From an uncultured Myxococcales bacterium (GTDB lineage: Bacteria; Desulfobacterota; Binatia; UBA1149; SPBQ01), in contig CAZJCO010000001.1 in assembly GCA_964544375.1 (NCBI GenBank), positions 1 to 25,104 on the forward strand: a DNA stretch of 25,104 nt, written 5' to 3'. Of the stretch, positions 1 to 10,039 are shown piece after piece. The position numbers were made by a program, and so were the translations under genes. A model generated the notes under the pieces. It saw only the letters and a program-made list of their open reading frames with translations, did not search any database and was not told where the DNA came from. Position 1 is the stretch's first letter. Every line of letters starts with the position of its first letter.

Positions 1-900
1 TTTCGCCCACTCGCCGACTTTGGCCAACTGTCCGTCGCCACTACGCTCGAGGTAGTACCCCGTGGGGGCGTCGGGCGTCTTGGCCCCGAGTCGAAATCCG
101 GCGCTTCCCTTGTCTCCGAGTTCCGCCGAAATGGTTAGCGCGCGATCGTCGAGGCCGAGCTGTTCGGCGCTGATTTCACCTGGCTCGTAGTAGGCTTGCG
201 CACGTAGTGCATTGATTCCCAGGACGACGGATTTGACGCGATTCTTGTCGGCCCTCCACTGCTTCGGCTTGGTGATATTCCACTGGTCGCCGTCGCGTTC
301 GAGTCGAATTTCTTGTTCTGCGCGTTTGAGGGTGACCGCGAGGACGTGTTGCGTGTCGATGTCAAAGAGATTCTTGTCGCGCAGCTCGAACGGAGTCTTC
401 TTGACGCCGGTGTGAACGATCAGCGGCACCACGATGACTTCGTCGCTTCCTTCGACGCGAACGAATGCTTGATAGCCGACCGGAGTGGTCTCGCCGACGA
501 TCATGCTGGGTAGGTCGGTTCCGTCTTTGAGCGTCAAGGTGATGCGGGCGCGTTCCCCTTTGTCGGCGAGGCCGTAGGTAGCGGGTGCCTGGGCCTTCTC
601 TCCGGGAATGCGGCGCTCGGCTTTGGCTCCGAGGATTTGGTCGAGAAGGCGTTCGATCGCGGTCTTGTCGCCGGGAGCGTCGACCGGCTGCTTCATCTGC
701 CAGCCATCGTCGTGACGCTCCACGCGCAGTGTCGGGTCATTCGGATACTCGAGGCGAATTGCCGAGACCGCTTCCGGTTCGATTTTGTAGACTCGGTCGA
801 AGTCCGACGGAGGGCCCATGTTGGGCCGTTCGACCACGTAGATGTAAGTACCGAGGCCGACGACGACGATCCCGAGCAGCACCGTCTTCCAGATACTCAC
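1..900 (-). CDS. DUF4340-type membrane-anchored protein, ABC/Gld-associated (3' end runs off the window)
   Basis: Absent from the ORF track because it has no stop in the window. Translated by hand from GTG at 900, which overlaps the TGA of the upstream gene: MSIWKTVLLGIVVVGLGTYIYVVERP... Open to base 1. N-terminal TM helix, two W-x-I/M-x-x-P...A/G-D-K repeats and FELRDKNLF, typical of DUF4340 proteins after gldG-like genes. Confidence 0.8.
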   Translation of the reverse strand, partial: MSIWKTVLLGIVVVGLGTYIYVVERPNMGPPSDFDRVYKIEPEAVSAIRLEYPNDPTLRVERHDDGWQMKQPVDAPGDKTAIERLLDQILGAKAERRIPGEKAQAPATYGLADKGERARITLTLKDGTDLPSMIVGETTPVGYQAFVRVEGSDEVIVVPLIVHTGVKKTPFELRDKNLFDIDTQHVLAVTLKRAEQEIRLERDGDQWNITKPKQWRADKNRVKSVVLGINALRAQAYYEPGEISAEQLGLDDRALTISAELGDKGSAGFRLGAKTPDAPTGYYLERSGDGQLAKVGEWAK

Positions 901-2459
901 AGAGAGGAACGCCTCCACCACACGGCAATTCCACAAAGCAGGATCAACTCGGGAATGATGAGTACGGACAGGTAGAATACGTTACGCGCCTGAGCCGGCG
1001 AGAGGCGGGCTCGGGACGCGCGCACGGCCCTCGGGCCAATCGAGATGAGGGCAGACTCGCCCGCAAGCCAACCGACCGTTCCGAGGACGAGCGAGTCGTT
1101 GTAGAGCTGGTGCCAATACTTGTTCGAGGCCAGATCAACGTCTCCGTAGACCGCCAGTTCGAGTTCGCCGTCGCCTTGGCCGCCGATGTCCTTGACGTAG
1201 GCGCTGACGGCGACCGCCACCGAGACCGGACCGCGGAGATCCTCGCTGCCGAGTTCGGCTTCGCTATTGGAAAACAGTCGTTCGACGTCCGTTTCCGCCC
1301 AACTCGAGGCGGCGGTCGAGGCGAGGGTCTTGACGACCAGGCCCTGTCGAGGAGACTGAGACGGCCGAACGGACCGCGCCAGCGACATGATCGTGCGCTG
1401 CTTCATCGACTTGACGGCGGGATGGTCGCTGTAGGACGAAATGATCGGTTCGAGGCCGAGGGAGACGCCTTGGAATAGCCGAAGCTGCTGATCGACGATA
1501 ACGTCGTCGCCTATCTCGACGCTCCAGTTGCGAAGCATGGCTGCCAGCCGAGGCGCGCGACGCGGCTCGACCAGGGCCAGCAGACGACCACCGCGCTTCA
1601 GGTACTTCTCGAGGACCTCGATCTCGCGCGGGAAGTACTCCTTATCGCCGGCCGCGGCGACGACAACGGCGGCGTCTTCCGGTACTTCTTCGAGCTCGGC
1701 GAGGAATAGGGTATCCACGAGATAGTTTTGGTTGCGAAGATCGGTTGCAAAGCTTCCGTAACCTCGAGGACCACGTGAATCGTCGATCGCCGGTTCTCCG
1801 TGTCCTTCGACGAAATAGATCTTCTTGCGCTCTTTCGTCGCGACGCTGTGAATCCCGTTGGTGACAGCCTGCTCCTCGGTACTGGTGACCAGCGTGCTGC
1901 GCTCGCCCTGCTTGATCTTGAGGCTGGGGAGCTGACTGATTGCTGCTTCTTGGGCCAATTCGGGATGAACCTGAGGATCGATGAAGCGCACGTCGATACG
2001 GTCGCTGTGATAGCGGTAGGCGTCGAAAAGCTCCTCTAAAATGGGATCGCTGCCGCCCTCGACGAAGGCGTCGACGTGGACGTCCTCTTCCAGTTCCTCG
2101 AGCACCTTACGGGATTGTTCCGAGATGCTGTTGACACCCTCGGCGCTCAAGTCGGTGCGATAATGGTAGCGTGCGCCGAGAAAGTTGAGCATGACGACGA
2201 GCGCGACAAAAAACAGCGTGTACACGGTGGCGTTGAGCCCGTACCGCGTCGAGCGCTGCCGCATGAACTGCGTCATCGACGCGGAACCGCGGGTAAAGTA
2301 CCAGGCCAAACAGACGACACCGGCGGCAAGATGCAGTAGCGAATACCAACCAAAGGCGAAGAAGCTGCTGAGCGGATTCCAGGTCAGCCAGTGCGCGAGC
2401 AGGCCGAAGAGCAGGAAGATCAGGCCGGCGATTCCGAGAATCGGTGCACGCGGTGCCAT
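897..2459 (-). CDS. GldG-like ABC transporter auxiliary component
   Basis: Three N-terminal TM segments, RYHYRTDLSAEGVNSISEQS, KIYFVEGHGE motif, C-terminal TM ending WWRR. Start moved to ATG 2459 (MAPRAP), just after the permease stop. Confidence 0.82.
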   Translation of the reverse strand: MAPRAPILGIAGLIFLLFGLLAHWLTWNPLSSFFAFGWYSLLHLAAGVVCLAWYFTRGSASMTQFMRQRSTRYGLNATVYTLFFVALVVMLNFLGARYHYRTDLSAEGVNSISEQSRKVLEELEEDVHVDAFVEGGSDPILEELFDAYRYHSDRIDVRFIDPQVHPELAQEAAISQLPSLKIKQGERSTLVTSTEEQAVTNGIHSVATKERKKIYFVEGHGEPAIDDSRGPRGYGSFATDLRNQNYLVDTLFLAELEEVPEDAAVVVAAAGDKEYFPREIEVLEKYLKRGGRLLALVEPRRAPRLAAMLRNWSVEIGDDVIVDQQLRLFQGVSLGLEPIISSYSDHPAVKSMKQRTIMSLARSVRPSQSPRQGLVVKTLASTAASSWAETDVERLFSNSEAELGSEDLRGPVSVAVAVSAYVKDIGGQGDGELELAVYGDVDLASNKYWHQLYNDSLVLGTVGWLAGESALISIGPRAVRASRARLSPAQARNVFYLSVLIIPELILLCGIAVWWRRSSL

Positions 2460-2461
2460 CG

Positions 2462-3224
2462 CTACTTCCACCTCGCGCTTTCCACCGCACGGTGGGTGAG
2501 AAACAGAAAGATCGCCGAGGCGCTGACGAAGTAGATGATTTCCTTGCTGTCGATCAGGCCCCTCGCCAGTTCCCGGAAGTGCTCCGTTACCGACAGATAG
2601 GTGAGTACCGCTTTGAGGGCGGGCGTCGCCCCCTCGGCCGGCCAGTTGATGACGAACAAGAGCAAGGTGATGACAATCGCGCTGACCGCAGCGATGATCT
2701 GGTTCGACGTTAGCGCGGAAGTGAAGTTTCCTATGGCGACGTAGGTGATCGCGACGAGCGCCAAGCCGAGATAGCCGCTGACGATGAGTCCGGTTTCGGG
2801 ATTGCCGTAGATCATCAGGATGGCGGGGTAGATGAGCGCCAAGCCGACCATCATCAGCACGATGGCGACGCCCGCGAGAAACTTGCCAGCGACAATTTCG
2901 GCGACGCGAACCGGAGACGTGAAGAGCAGTTCGTAGGTGCCGGAACTGCGCTCCTCAGCGAAGCTGCGCATGGTAATCATCGGTACCACGATGAGCAAAA
3001 CGATCGAAAGGTTTTGCAGCAGAGGAGAGATGACGGCGTCGTTGAGATTGAGCCATGCGATGTTCGCGCCGGGCATGTTCGAGTAGATCGTGACCATTCG
3101 ATTGAACTGGCCGAGCAAGTTGAAGAAAAACCAGCCGGCGAGAAGTTCGAAACCCGTGAGAATGACGTAAGCGATCGGTGAAACGAACAGCGAACGAATA
3201 TCACGCCATGCGATGGCAAGGACG

Positions 3225-3232
<8 letters not shown>
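2462..3232 (-). CDS. ABC-2 type permease (GldF-like)
   Basis: MRNVLAIAWRDIRSLFVSPIAY..., TMRSFAEERSSGTYELLFTSPV...IVAGKFLA, about 6 TM segments. Start set at ATG 3232, overlapping the ATPase stop. Confidence 0.9.
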
Positions 3233-3968
<736 letters not shown>

Positions 3969-4014
3969 ACGCTTTATCGCAAAGCGTCGCCCATTGGTTA
4001 CGGGCAACGCTTGT

Positions 4015-4043
4015 TCTTTAACGACGCCGGCGTTGGCTGTCAA
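4015..4043 (-). promoter_or_regulatory. Possible sigma70 promoter for the ABC operon
   Basis: On the minus strand, TTGACA (4043-4038), 17 nt, then TAAAGA (4020-4015). The -35 is perfect but the -10 is weak. Confidence 0.3.
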
Positions 4044-4089
4044 CAAGTGCCGCGGCGGCCTGCGGAGCCGGTTTGCATTTGAGGCGGCG

Positions 4090-6723
4090 ATGCAAGAGCC
4101 TTCGCCCGTGAGCGCCGAAGAAAAGTCGGCTGTCTACCTGCTCGACGTCAGTTTTTTCACCTTCCGTGCCTACCATGCGCTGCCACCGCTCAATACATCT
4201 TCGGGGCTGGCGACGAATGCGGTCCACGGCGTGGAATCCATGCTCGAGCGTCTGATTCGGACCGAGGAGCCGGCCTATCTGGCGGCTTGCTTCGACAGTC
4301 CGGGCCCCTCGTTTCGCAACGAGGTCTATCCTTCGTACAAGGCCAACCGAGCCGAGCCGGATGAAGATCTGCGTGTGCAATTCCCCTATGTGCGCCGTCT
4401 GATCGAGGCCATGGCGATACGCTGCATCGAGCATCCGCGTTACGAGGCCGACGATCTGTTGGCAACCTTGGCCAAACGTTTCGCCGACCAAGGGCATCGC
4501 GTCGTTATCGTGACCGGCGACAAGGATCTGATGCAGTGCGTGGGCGAGCGCGTCAAGCTCTACGATCCGATGCGGAATCGAAGGATGGGTCCGAGCGAAG
4601 TGGTAGAAAAGTTCGGCGTCGGCCCCGAGGCCGTCACCGATGTTCAGGGGTTGATGGGTGACCCGACCGACAACATCCCTGGCGTGCGAGGCGTCGGCCC
4701 GAAGACGGCGGCAGCGCTGATCGGTCACTTTGGCTCGCTCGAAAGCACGCTCGAGCGAAGCGAAGAAATCGCCCTGCTCGAGCTGCGTGGCGCGGCCTCG
4801 GTTCGCAAGAAGATCGAAGCGGGAAGGGCCGAGGCTTTGCTGTCCAAAGATCTCGCGACGGTCCGTACCGACGCGCCGCTCGAGGTAGTTCTCGGCGACC
4901 TCGCCTTCGCGAGTCCGCATACGCCGGAGTTGCTGGCGCTGGCCGAAGAACTCGAGATGGAGCGTCTTGCGCGTAAACTGCGGCTACTGGTCGATGCGTC
5001 GGGGTCGACGCTTGTAGGCGCCTCGTCGAAGTCGGGCGAAGGGACGCAGGAGGACGGCACGCGCCTAAGCGACGATTGGGGCTCCCTCGAAGCGGGAAAA
5101 CTCCGCTTCGTGCTGACGCTAGACGAGGACGAGACCCCCGTATCGGCGCTTTCGGACGGGCGCCGTGGCTGCTTGCTCAAGGGGCGTGAGCGACTGTCGC
5201 ATGCCGTTGCTGCACTGCTTGAATCCGGCGCCTCGCTCTGCGGTTTCGACTTGAAGTTGTTGTGTCGTCTCTGTGGGCTCGAATCGATGCCGCGGGGCTT
5301 CGATCTCGGCGTGGCGTCCTACCTGTTCGATCCCTCGGTAGGCGACCACGGGCGTGCGGCTGTGATAGAGCGTTTCTTAGGAGAGGCCGCCGCGGACACG
5401 GCCGGTGGCAGCCCTGCAGGGATGGCGGCCGCGCTCGATCAGATCGACCGCCTGTTGCCCCGGCTACGCGAAGGGCTAGCGGAGAGGGAGCAAGGTGAAC
5501 TCTACGACACGCTCGAGCATCCGTTGGTCGGTATTCTGGCACAAATTGAGGCACGTGGCGTTCTGCTCGACGAGAAACTGTTAGCGAAGTTGGCCGAGGA
5601 ATTCGACGGTCGGATGAAAGCGCTGGTCTCCAAGATCTACGAAGCCGCCGGCTGCGAGTTCAATATTCTTTCGCCGGTGCAACTGCGAGAGATCTTGTTC
5701 GAACGCTTGCAGTTGCCGACCAAAGGAATCAAGAAGACCAAGAGCGGTCTTTCGACGGATAGCGACTCTTTGCAGGCGCTGTCGGCAAAGCACCCGCTAC
5801 CGGCCTTGGTGCTGGAGTATCGTGGTCTGGCGAAACTGAAGTCCACCTATCTCGATGCCTTGCCCCGCGTTGCCGACGCCGAGGGGCGGATTCACACCAG
5901 TCTCAATCAGACGGTGACCGCCACCGGCCGCTTGAGTTCGAGCGAGCCGAACCTTCAGAATATCCCTATTCGGACGGAGGACGGCGCCAAGATCCGGCGC
6001 GCCTTTGTCGCGCCTCGAGGGCACGTGTTGCTGTCGGCGGACTACAATCAAATCGAGCTACGCGTGTTGGCCCACCTGGCGCAGGACGAGGCTCTGATCG
6101 CCGCTTTTCGCAAGGGGCTCGACATCCATGCGGCGACCGCGAGTGAAGTGTTCGGGGTCAGCCTGGAAGAGGTGACCACTGCCATGCGGCGCGCCTCGAA
6201 GGTGATCAATTACGGGATCATCTACGGTATGGGGGCGACACGCATGTCGCGCGAACTCGGAATTCCGCGGTCGGAAGCGGCCGACTACATCGAGCGCTAC
6301 TTCGCCCGCTATTCGGGTGTTCGCCTTTTTTACGCCCACATGCTTGCCGGCGCCCGGCGCACGGGCTACGTTTCCACCCTGTTGGGACGCCGGCGCTATC
6401 TACCGGATATCGAAAGCGAAAACGGCCGCAAGCGACAGGCCACCGAGCGGGTCGCGACGAACACGCCGATCCAAGGAAGCGCGGCCGACATCATCAAACT
6501 GGCGATGATCCGGCTCGACTCGCGACTTCGCCGCAGGGGCGCCGCAGCGCGGATGGTGCTGCAAATTCACGACGAGCTGCTCCTCGAGGTGCCGAAGAAA
6601 GAAGTCGACGGGGTCGACGACGACGTGCGAGATGCTATGGAAGGCGCCGCATCGCTCGCCGTGCCTCTGCTGGTCGACATCGGACACGGGCGGAACTGGG
6701 CGGTAGCCCACCGGGTAGGCTAG
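4090..6723 (+). CDS. polA: DNA polymerase I
   Basis: 5'-3' exonuclease motifs (YLLD...FRAYHA, EADD, GDKD, GDPTDNIPGVRGVG) and polymerase motifs (TGRLSSSEPNLQNIP, SADYNQIELR, KVINYGIIYG, QIHDEL). Start at ATG 4090 after GAGG. Confidence 0.98.
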   Translation: MQEPSPVSAEEKSAVYLLDVSFFTFRAYHALPPLNTSSGLATNAVHGVESMLERLIRTEEPAYLAACFDSPGPSFRNEVYPSYKANRAEPDEDLRVQFPYVRRLIEAMAIRCIEHPRYEADDLLATLAKRFADQGHRVVIVTGDKDLMQCVGERVKLYDPMRNRRMGPSEVVEKFGVGPEAVTDVQGLMGDPTDNIPGVRGVGPKTAAALIGHFGSLESTLERSEEIALLELRGAASVRKKIEAGRAEALLSKDLATVRTDAPLEVVLGDLAFASPHTPELLALAEELEMERLARKLRLLVDASGSTLVGASSKSGEGTQEDGTRLSDDWGSLEAGKLRFVLTLDEDETPVSALSDGRRGCLLKGRERLSHAVAALLESGASLCGFDLKLLCRLCGLESMPRGFDLGVASYLFDPSVGDHGRAAVIERFLGEAAADTAGGSPAGMAAALDQIDRLLPRLREGLAEREQGELYDTLEHPLVGILAQIEARGVLLDEKLLAKLAEEFDGRMKALVSKIYEAAGCEFNILSPVQLREILFERLQLPTKGIKKTKSGLSTDSDSLQALSAKHPLPALVLEYRGLAKLKSTYLDALPRVADAEGRIHTSLNQTVTATGRLSSSEPNLQNIPIRTEDGAKIRRAFVAPRGHVLLSADYNQIELRVLAHLAQDEALIAAFRKGLDIHAATASEVFGVSLEEVTTAMRRASKVINYGIIYGMGATRMSRELGIPRSEAADYIERYFARYSGVRLFYAHMLAGARRTGYVSTLLGRRRYLPDIESENGRKRQATERVATNTPIQGSAADIIKLAMIRLDSRLRRRGAAARMVLQIHDELLLEVPKKEVDGVDDDVRDAMEGAASLAVPLLVDIGHGRNWAVAHRVG

Positions 6724-6742
6724 ATAGGCTAGGATGGAAAGA

Positions 6743-6782
6743 GTCGAATAATGACTGCAAGGGGCCGTCTATCATTATTGAC
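6743..6782. repeat. AT-rich inverted repeat upstream of the ECF sigma gene
   Basis: AATAATGA (6747-6754), 17 nt, TCATTATT (6772-6779). It extends to GTC(G)AATAATGA / TCATTATTGAC with a 1-nt bulge. Confidence 0.55.
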
Positions 6783-6796
6783 ATGGAGCACTTTGC

Positions 6797-7366
6797 GTGG
6801 AGCTTAGCGACCCCGAGCTCGTCGAACGCGGCAGGTCCGGCGATCGGAGAGCGCTGCAGATCCTGGTTGAACGCTACCAGCGTAGGGTCCTCGGCGTCGT
6901 CGTCGGGATGGTGCGGAATCCCGAAGACGCGCGAGAAATCGTCCAGGAAGCTTTTGTCCGTGCGTTTCGTGGTCTGGAGCGGTTCAAAGGGGATTCCTCA
7001 TTTTACACCTGGCTCTATCGTATCGCCGTCAATCTCGCCATCGATGCTCAACGAAAGGACGGTAAACGTACGCACGTCGAATTCGATGAGTCGCAACCGC
7101 CGGCCGATGCCCCGTTGGCAATGGGCGGCAGAACGAAAGGTGCGGATCCGTACGAGGCGGTCCGCAACCGGGAGTTGGGAGAAAAGATTTTCCGCGCAAT
7201 TGACGGTTTGACGCCTGATCATCGGGCGGTCATACTGCTGCGGGAAATCGAAGGTTTGACGTACGAAGAGATCAGTCAGACGCTGGGTTGCTCCATGGGG
7301 ACCGTGATGAGTCGGCTTCATTACGCGCGCAAGAAGCTCCAGGACAAACTACAAGAGTTGCTGTGA
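6797..7366 (+). CDS. ECF RNA polymerase sigma factor (RpoE/SigW-like)
   Basis: Region 2 (DAREIVQEAFVRAF...FYTWLYRIAVN) and region 4 (LREIEGLTYEEISQTLGCSMGTVMSRLHYARKKL). GTG start with GGAG upstream. Confidence 0.95.
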   Translation: MELSDPELVERGRSGDRRALQILVERYQRRVLGVVVGMVRNPEDAREIVQEAFVRAFRGLERFKGDSSFYTWLYRIAVNLAIDAQRKDGKRTHVEFDESQPPADAPLAMGGRTKGADPYEAVRNRELGEKIFRAIDGLTPDHRAVILLREIEGLTYEEISQTLGCSMGTVMSRLHYARKKLQDKLQELL

Positions 7367-7375
7367 GGTGATGAG

Positions 7376-7960
7376 GTGACGCGTATTCCCGATTGTCGCG
7401 AGTTCGAGTCGAAACTGGACTCCTATCTAGACGCCGAACTGCCGCACGATGAGATGTCGGCGTCGGCGGCGCACGTACGGGGCTGTGCCAAGTGTGATGC
7501 GATCGTCACGCGATATCAGGAAACCAGGGCGTTACTGACAACGGCTGTAGCGGAAAGCGCTGCAGCCGTTGACGTTTCTGGGCTGTGGCAAAACATCGAC
7601 CGCTCGCTGGAACCGCTGGGTTCGCCTCTACGCAGACGTTGGACGAATTGGCTTGGTCTGCTTGTGGGTGACGGATCGGGTCTGTCGTCGTGGCGGCTCG
7701 ATTGGCGCATGGGCACGGCAGCGGCGTTTGCCGCGGCCGCGGCCGTGGTGGTCGTCGGATTGGCCTGGCAGCTGCGCGGTCCGGGTCCGATTTCCTCCGG
7801 TCGTGTTGCGACGGCGCCGGCGGTACAGGTTGATGCTGTCGAGGTTGCGGCAGGTCATACGGTGACGACCTGGACGCGGCCTCGGACACATACCCGCGTG
7901 ATTTGGGTATCCGACTCCAACGCTGGATTTGGCTTTACCAATGTCAGCGACGGCCGCTAG
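7376..7960 (+). CDS. Zinc-binding (ZAS, zf-HC2) transmembrane anti-sigma factor
   Basis: C...HVRGCAKC (HxxxCxxC), one TM segment (AAAFAAAAAVVVVGLAW), short extracytoplasmic tail; lies directly after the ECF gene. Confidence 0.85.
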   Translation: MTRIPDCREFESKLDSYLDAELPHDEMSASAAHVRGCAKCDAIVTRYQETRALLTTAVAESAAAVDVSGLWQNIDRSLEPLGSPLRRRWTNWLGLLVGDGSGLSSWRLDWRMGTAAAFAAAAAVVVVGLAWQLRGPGPISSGRVATAPAVQVDAVEVAAGHTVTTWTRPRTHTRVIWVSDSNAGFGFTNVSDGR

Positions 7961-7966
7961 CGAGCC

Positions 7967-8446
7967 ATGCTAAAACGTCTGACCACGCTCCTGATACTAT
8001 TGTCCACGATCCTTGCCCCGCTCGTCGCTCTCGCCGGATCTCCGATCATTCAAATCTCGGCGGTTCTCGCTTCCCACGATAAGAAACAGTTCGACCCACG
8101 TCTTCGCGACTTGCGTTCGGATTTACGCGCGCTGCCGTTCAAGGGTTATCAGCTCTACGGTATTCATTCGTGCCGGCTGGAAAGTGGCGATCAGTGCGGC
8201 ATGGATCTTCCCGGCGGAGACTATCTGCACGTGATGGCGGTCGAGCAGACCGACCGTTATCTGAAGATGCGGCTGTTGGTCAACCGAAACAATCGTCCCG
8301 TATTGGTTACCGACATTACGCTGAATCGGGACGCCAACGTGATCATCAAAGGCCCAAGGTCGCAGCAAGGCGCGATCGTTCTCGGGATCCGTGCGCAACG
8401 CGGTCGCGCGGATACGCCCGCTGCCGTGGGTAAGGCCCGTCGCTGA
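7967..8446 (+). CDS. Hypothetical exported protein
   Basis: Signal-peptide-like N-terminus (MLKRLTTLLILLSTILAPLVALA), beta-rich mature part with two Cys, 6 nt after the anti-sigma stop. Confidence 0.75.
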   Translation: MLKRLTTLLILLSTILAPLVALAGSPIIQISAVLASHDKKQFDPRLRDLRSDLRALPFKGYQLYGIHSCRLESGDQCGMDLPGGDYLHVMAVEQTDRYLKMRLLVNRNNRPVLVTDITLNRDANVIIKGPRSQQGAIVLGIRAQRGRADTPAAVGKARR

Positions 8447-8754
8447 TGGCCGATTGGGGGTTCTCGGGTCTCTACAGCAGGGCCGAGGAGCAGGTCCGCG
8501 GACTCGTTGATGCCTTCCAACGGGAGAGCCGGGACGCCGGCATGTCGGCGTTGATCACGCCGGTCGATCCGTTCAACCGTGCGAGTTTCTTGACACCACT
8601 GGTCGCCGCCGTTGGCGTTGCCGGTGTACTCTTCCTCTCGAGCGTTGCTGCGGGTGCTTTGATAGCCGCGGCGGTGGCTTTGTTGGCAGTCTATTTTCTA
8701 TTGACGGAAGTCTTCGGTTACGAGATCGAACTGGCGATGCCGCCCGGCGCCTGA
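8446..8754 (+). CDS. Hypothetical small membrane protein
   Basis: ATG overlaps the upstream TGA; two hydrophobic helices in the C-terminal half. Confidence 0.68.
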   Translation: MADWGFSGLYSRAEEQVRGLVDAFQRESRDAGMSALITPVDPFNRASFLTPLVAAVGVAGVLFLSSVAAGALIAAAVALLAVYFLLTEVFGYEIELAMPPGA

Positions 8755-8772
8755 AGCGCCGGGCGGCATCGC
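8734..8772. terminator. Perfect 17-bp hairpin between convergent genes (probable bidirectional terminator or stabiliser)
   Basis: GCGATGCCGCCCGGCGC-ctgaa-GCGCCGGGCGGCATCGC, next to the convergent sat stop at 8774. No classical U-tract directly adjacent. Confidence 0.65.
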
Positions 8773-8773
8773 G

Positions 8774-9934
8774 TCAGCTTTTCGTCGCATCCCTCAGAAT
8801 TGCGGCTACCTCGGCGCGCGTGAATTCGGGTGGCGGCAGTTGGCCCTGGCTGAGCATTTTGCGAACGCGGGTGCCGCTTAGGAAAACGTGCGCATCCTTG
8901 TCGTGCGGGCAGGTCTTGGTTGACGCCATGCCTTGGCAGAGCTTGCAGTAGAAGGTGTGCTCGTAGTTGATGCAGGTGATTCCGATCTCTCCCGGCGCGA
9001 ACTCCTTGAAGATCTCCTGCGCGTCGTAAGTGCCGTAGTAATTGCCTACTCCAGCGTGGTCGCGGCCGACGATGAAATGGGTGCAGCCGTAGTTCTGACG
9101 CATGAGCGCGTGGAGGATTGCTTCTCGAGGACCGGCGTAATGCATGTTCGCCGGCAGCACCGAGAGCAGGACGCGGTCGGCCGGATAGTAGTTCTCGAGT
9201 AGCACCTGATAGCAGCGCATGCGGACATCGGCCGGGATGTCGTCGCTCTTGGTCTCGCCTACCAGCGGGTGCAGTAGCAGACCGTCGACCATCTCGAGAG
9301 CGCACTTCTGAAGATACTCGTGCGCGCGATGAACCGGATTGCGCGTTTGGAAGGCGACGATCGTACGCCATCCGCGCTCGCGAAACGCCGCGCGCGTCTG
9401 TGCTGGTTCGAGTCGGTGCTCGGCAAACGGCAAGCCCGACGGATGCCTCAGCATGGTGATCCGTCCGGCCAGGTAGATATCGCCCTGGGCGTAGACCGCG
9501 GCGACTCCGGGATGGGCCTCATCCGTCGTACGGTAGACCTTTTCGGCTTCGACGCGTTTGTCCGGCTGGTAGCGGCTGCAGAGGTGAAGGATTGCAAGCA
9601 CGTCGCCGTTTTCGTCGGCGAGGGCGACGTCGTCTCCGTCCGTCAGGCGTTCGGCTTCCTCGCAGGTGACGGTGAGGGTGATCGGAATCGGCCACACCAG
9701 ACCGTTGGCCAAGCGCATGTCCTGCACGACCGACTCGTAGTCCTCACGACCCATGAAGCCGTCGAGCGGACTGAATCCGCCGATTGCCAGCATTTCCAGA
9801 TTGGCTCGTTTGCGCGCATCCAATACCAGGCGGGGTAGGTCGGCACTCTTGTCGTCCCAGGCTGCTCGCTCTTCGTCATCGGCCATCCGATGGACCAAAC
9901 TGCCACCATGTGGCGCGATTGCGTCTTCAGGCAT
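8774..9934 (-). CDS. sat: Sulfate adenylyltransferase (ATP sulfurylase, Sat type)
   Basis: [40 protein letters not shown] motifs. 386 aa, with no APS-kinase fusion. Confidence 0.97.
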   Translation of the reverse strand: MPEDAIAPHGGSLVHRMADDEERAAWDDKSADLPRLVLDARKRANLEMLAIGGFSPLDGFMGREDYESVVQDMRLANGLVWPIPITLTVTCEEAERLTDGDDVALADENGDVLAILHLCSRYQPDKRVEAEKVYRTTDEAHPGVAAVYAQGDIYLAGRITMLRHPSGLPFAEHRLEPAQTRAAFRERGWRTIVAFQTRNPVHRAHEYLQKCALEMVDGLLLHPLVGETKSDDIPADVRMRCYQVLLENYYPADRVLLSVLPANMHYAGPREAILHALMRQNYGCTHFIVGRDHAGVGNYYGTYDAQEIFKEFAPGEIGITCINYEHTFYCKLCQGMASTKTCPHDKDAHVFLSGTRVRKMLSQGQLPPPEFTRAEVAAILRDATKS

Positions 9935-10039
9935 TTCCTTTTCCTTTCCTCCGTGAATAGTGCGGGTCCTGGCGGGTGCTCAGGGGTCGCCCGCCGCAAC
10001 TCTATCCGAATCCGCTTGTGCGCCCAAATCGGGCCGGTC

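Noticed and set aside
6747-6779. Fur box
   Set aside because: The half-sites are similar but separated by 17 nt rather than adjacent as in GATAATGATAATCATTATC.
8774-9934. Dissimilatory sulfate reduction or sulfur oxidation
   Set aside because: No aprAB, qmo or dsr genes here, and a SAM-riboswitch context points to assimilation. The rest of the genome is not visible.
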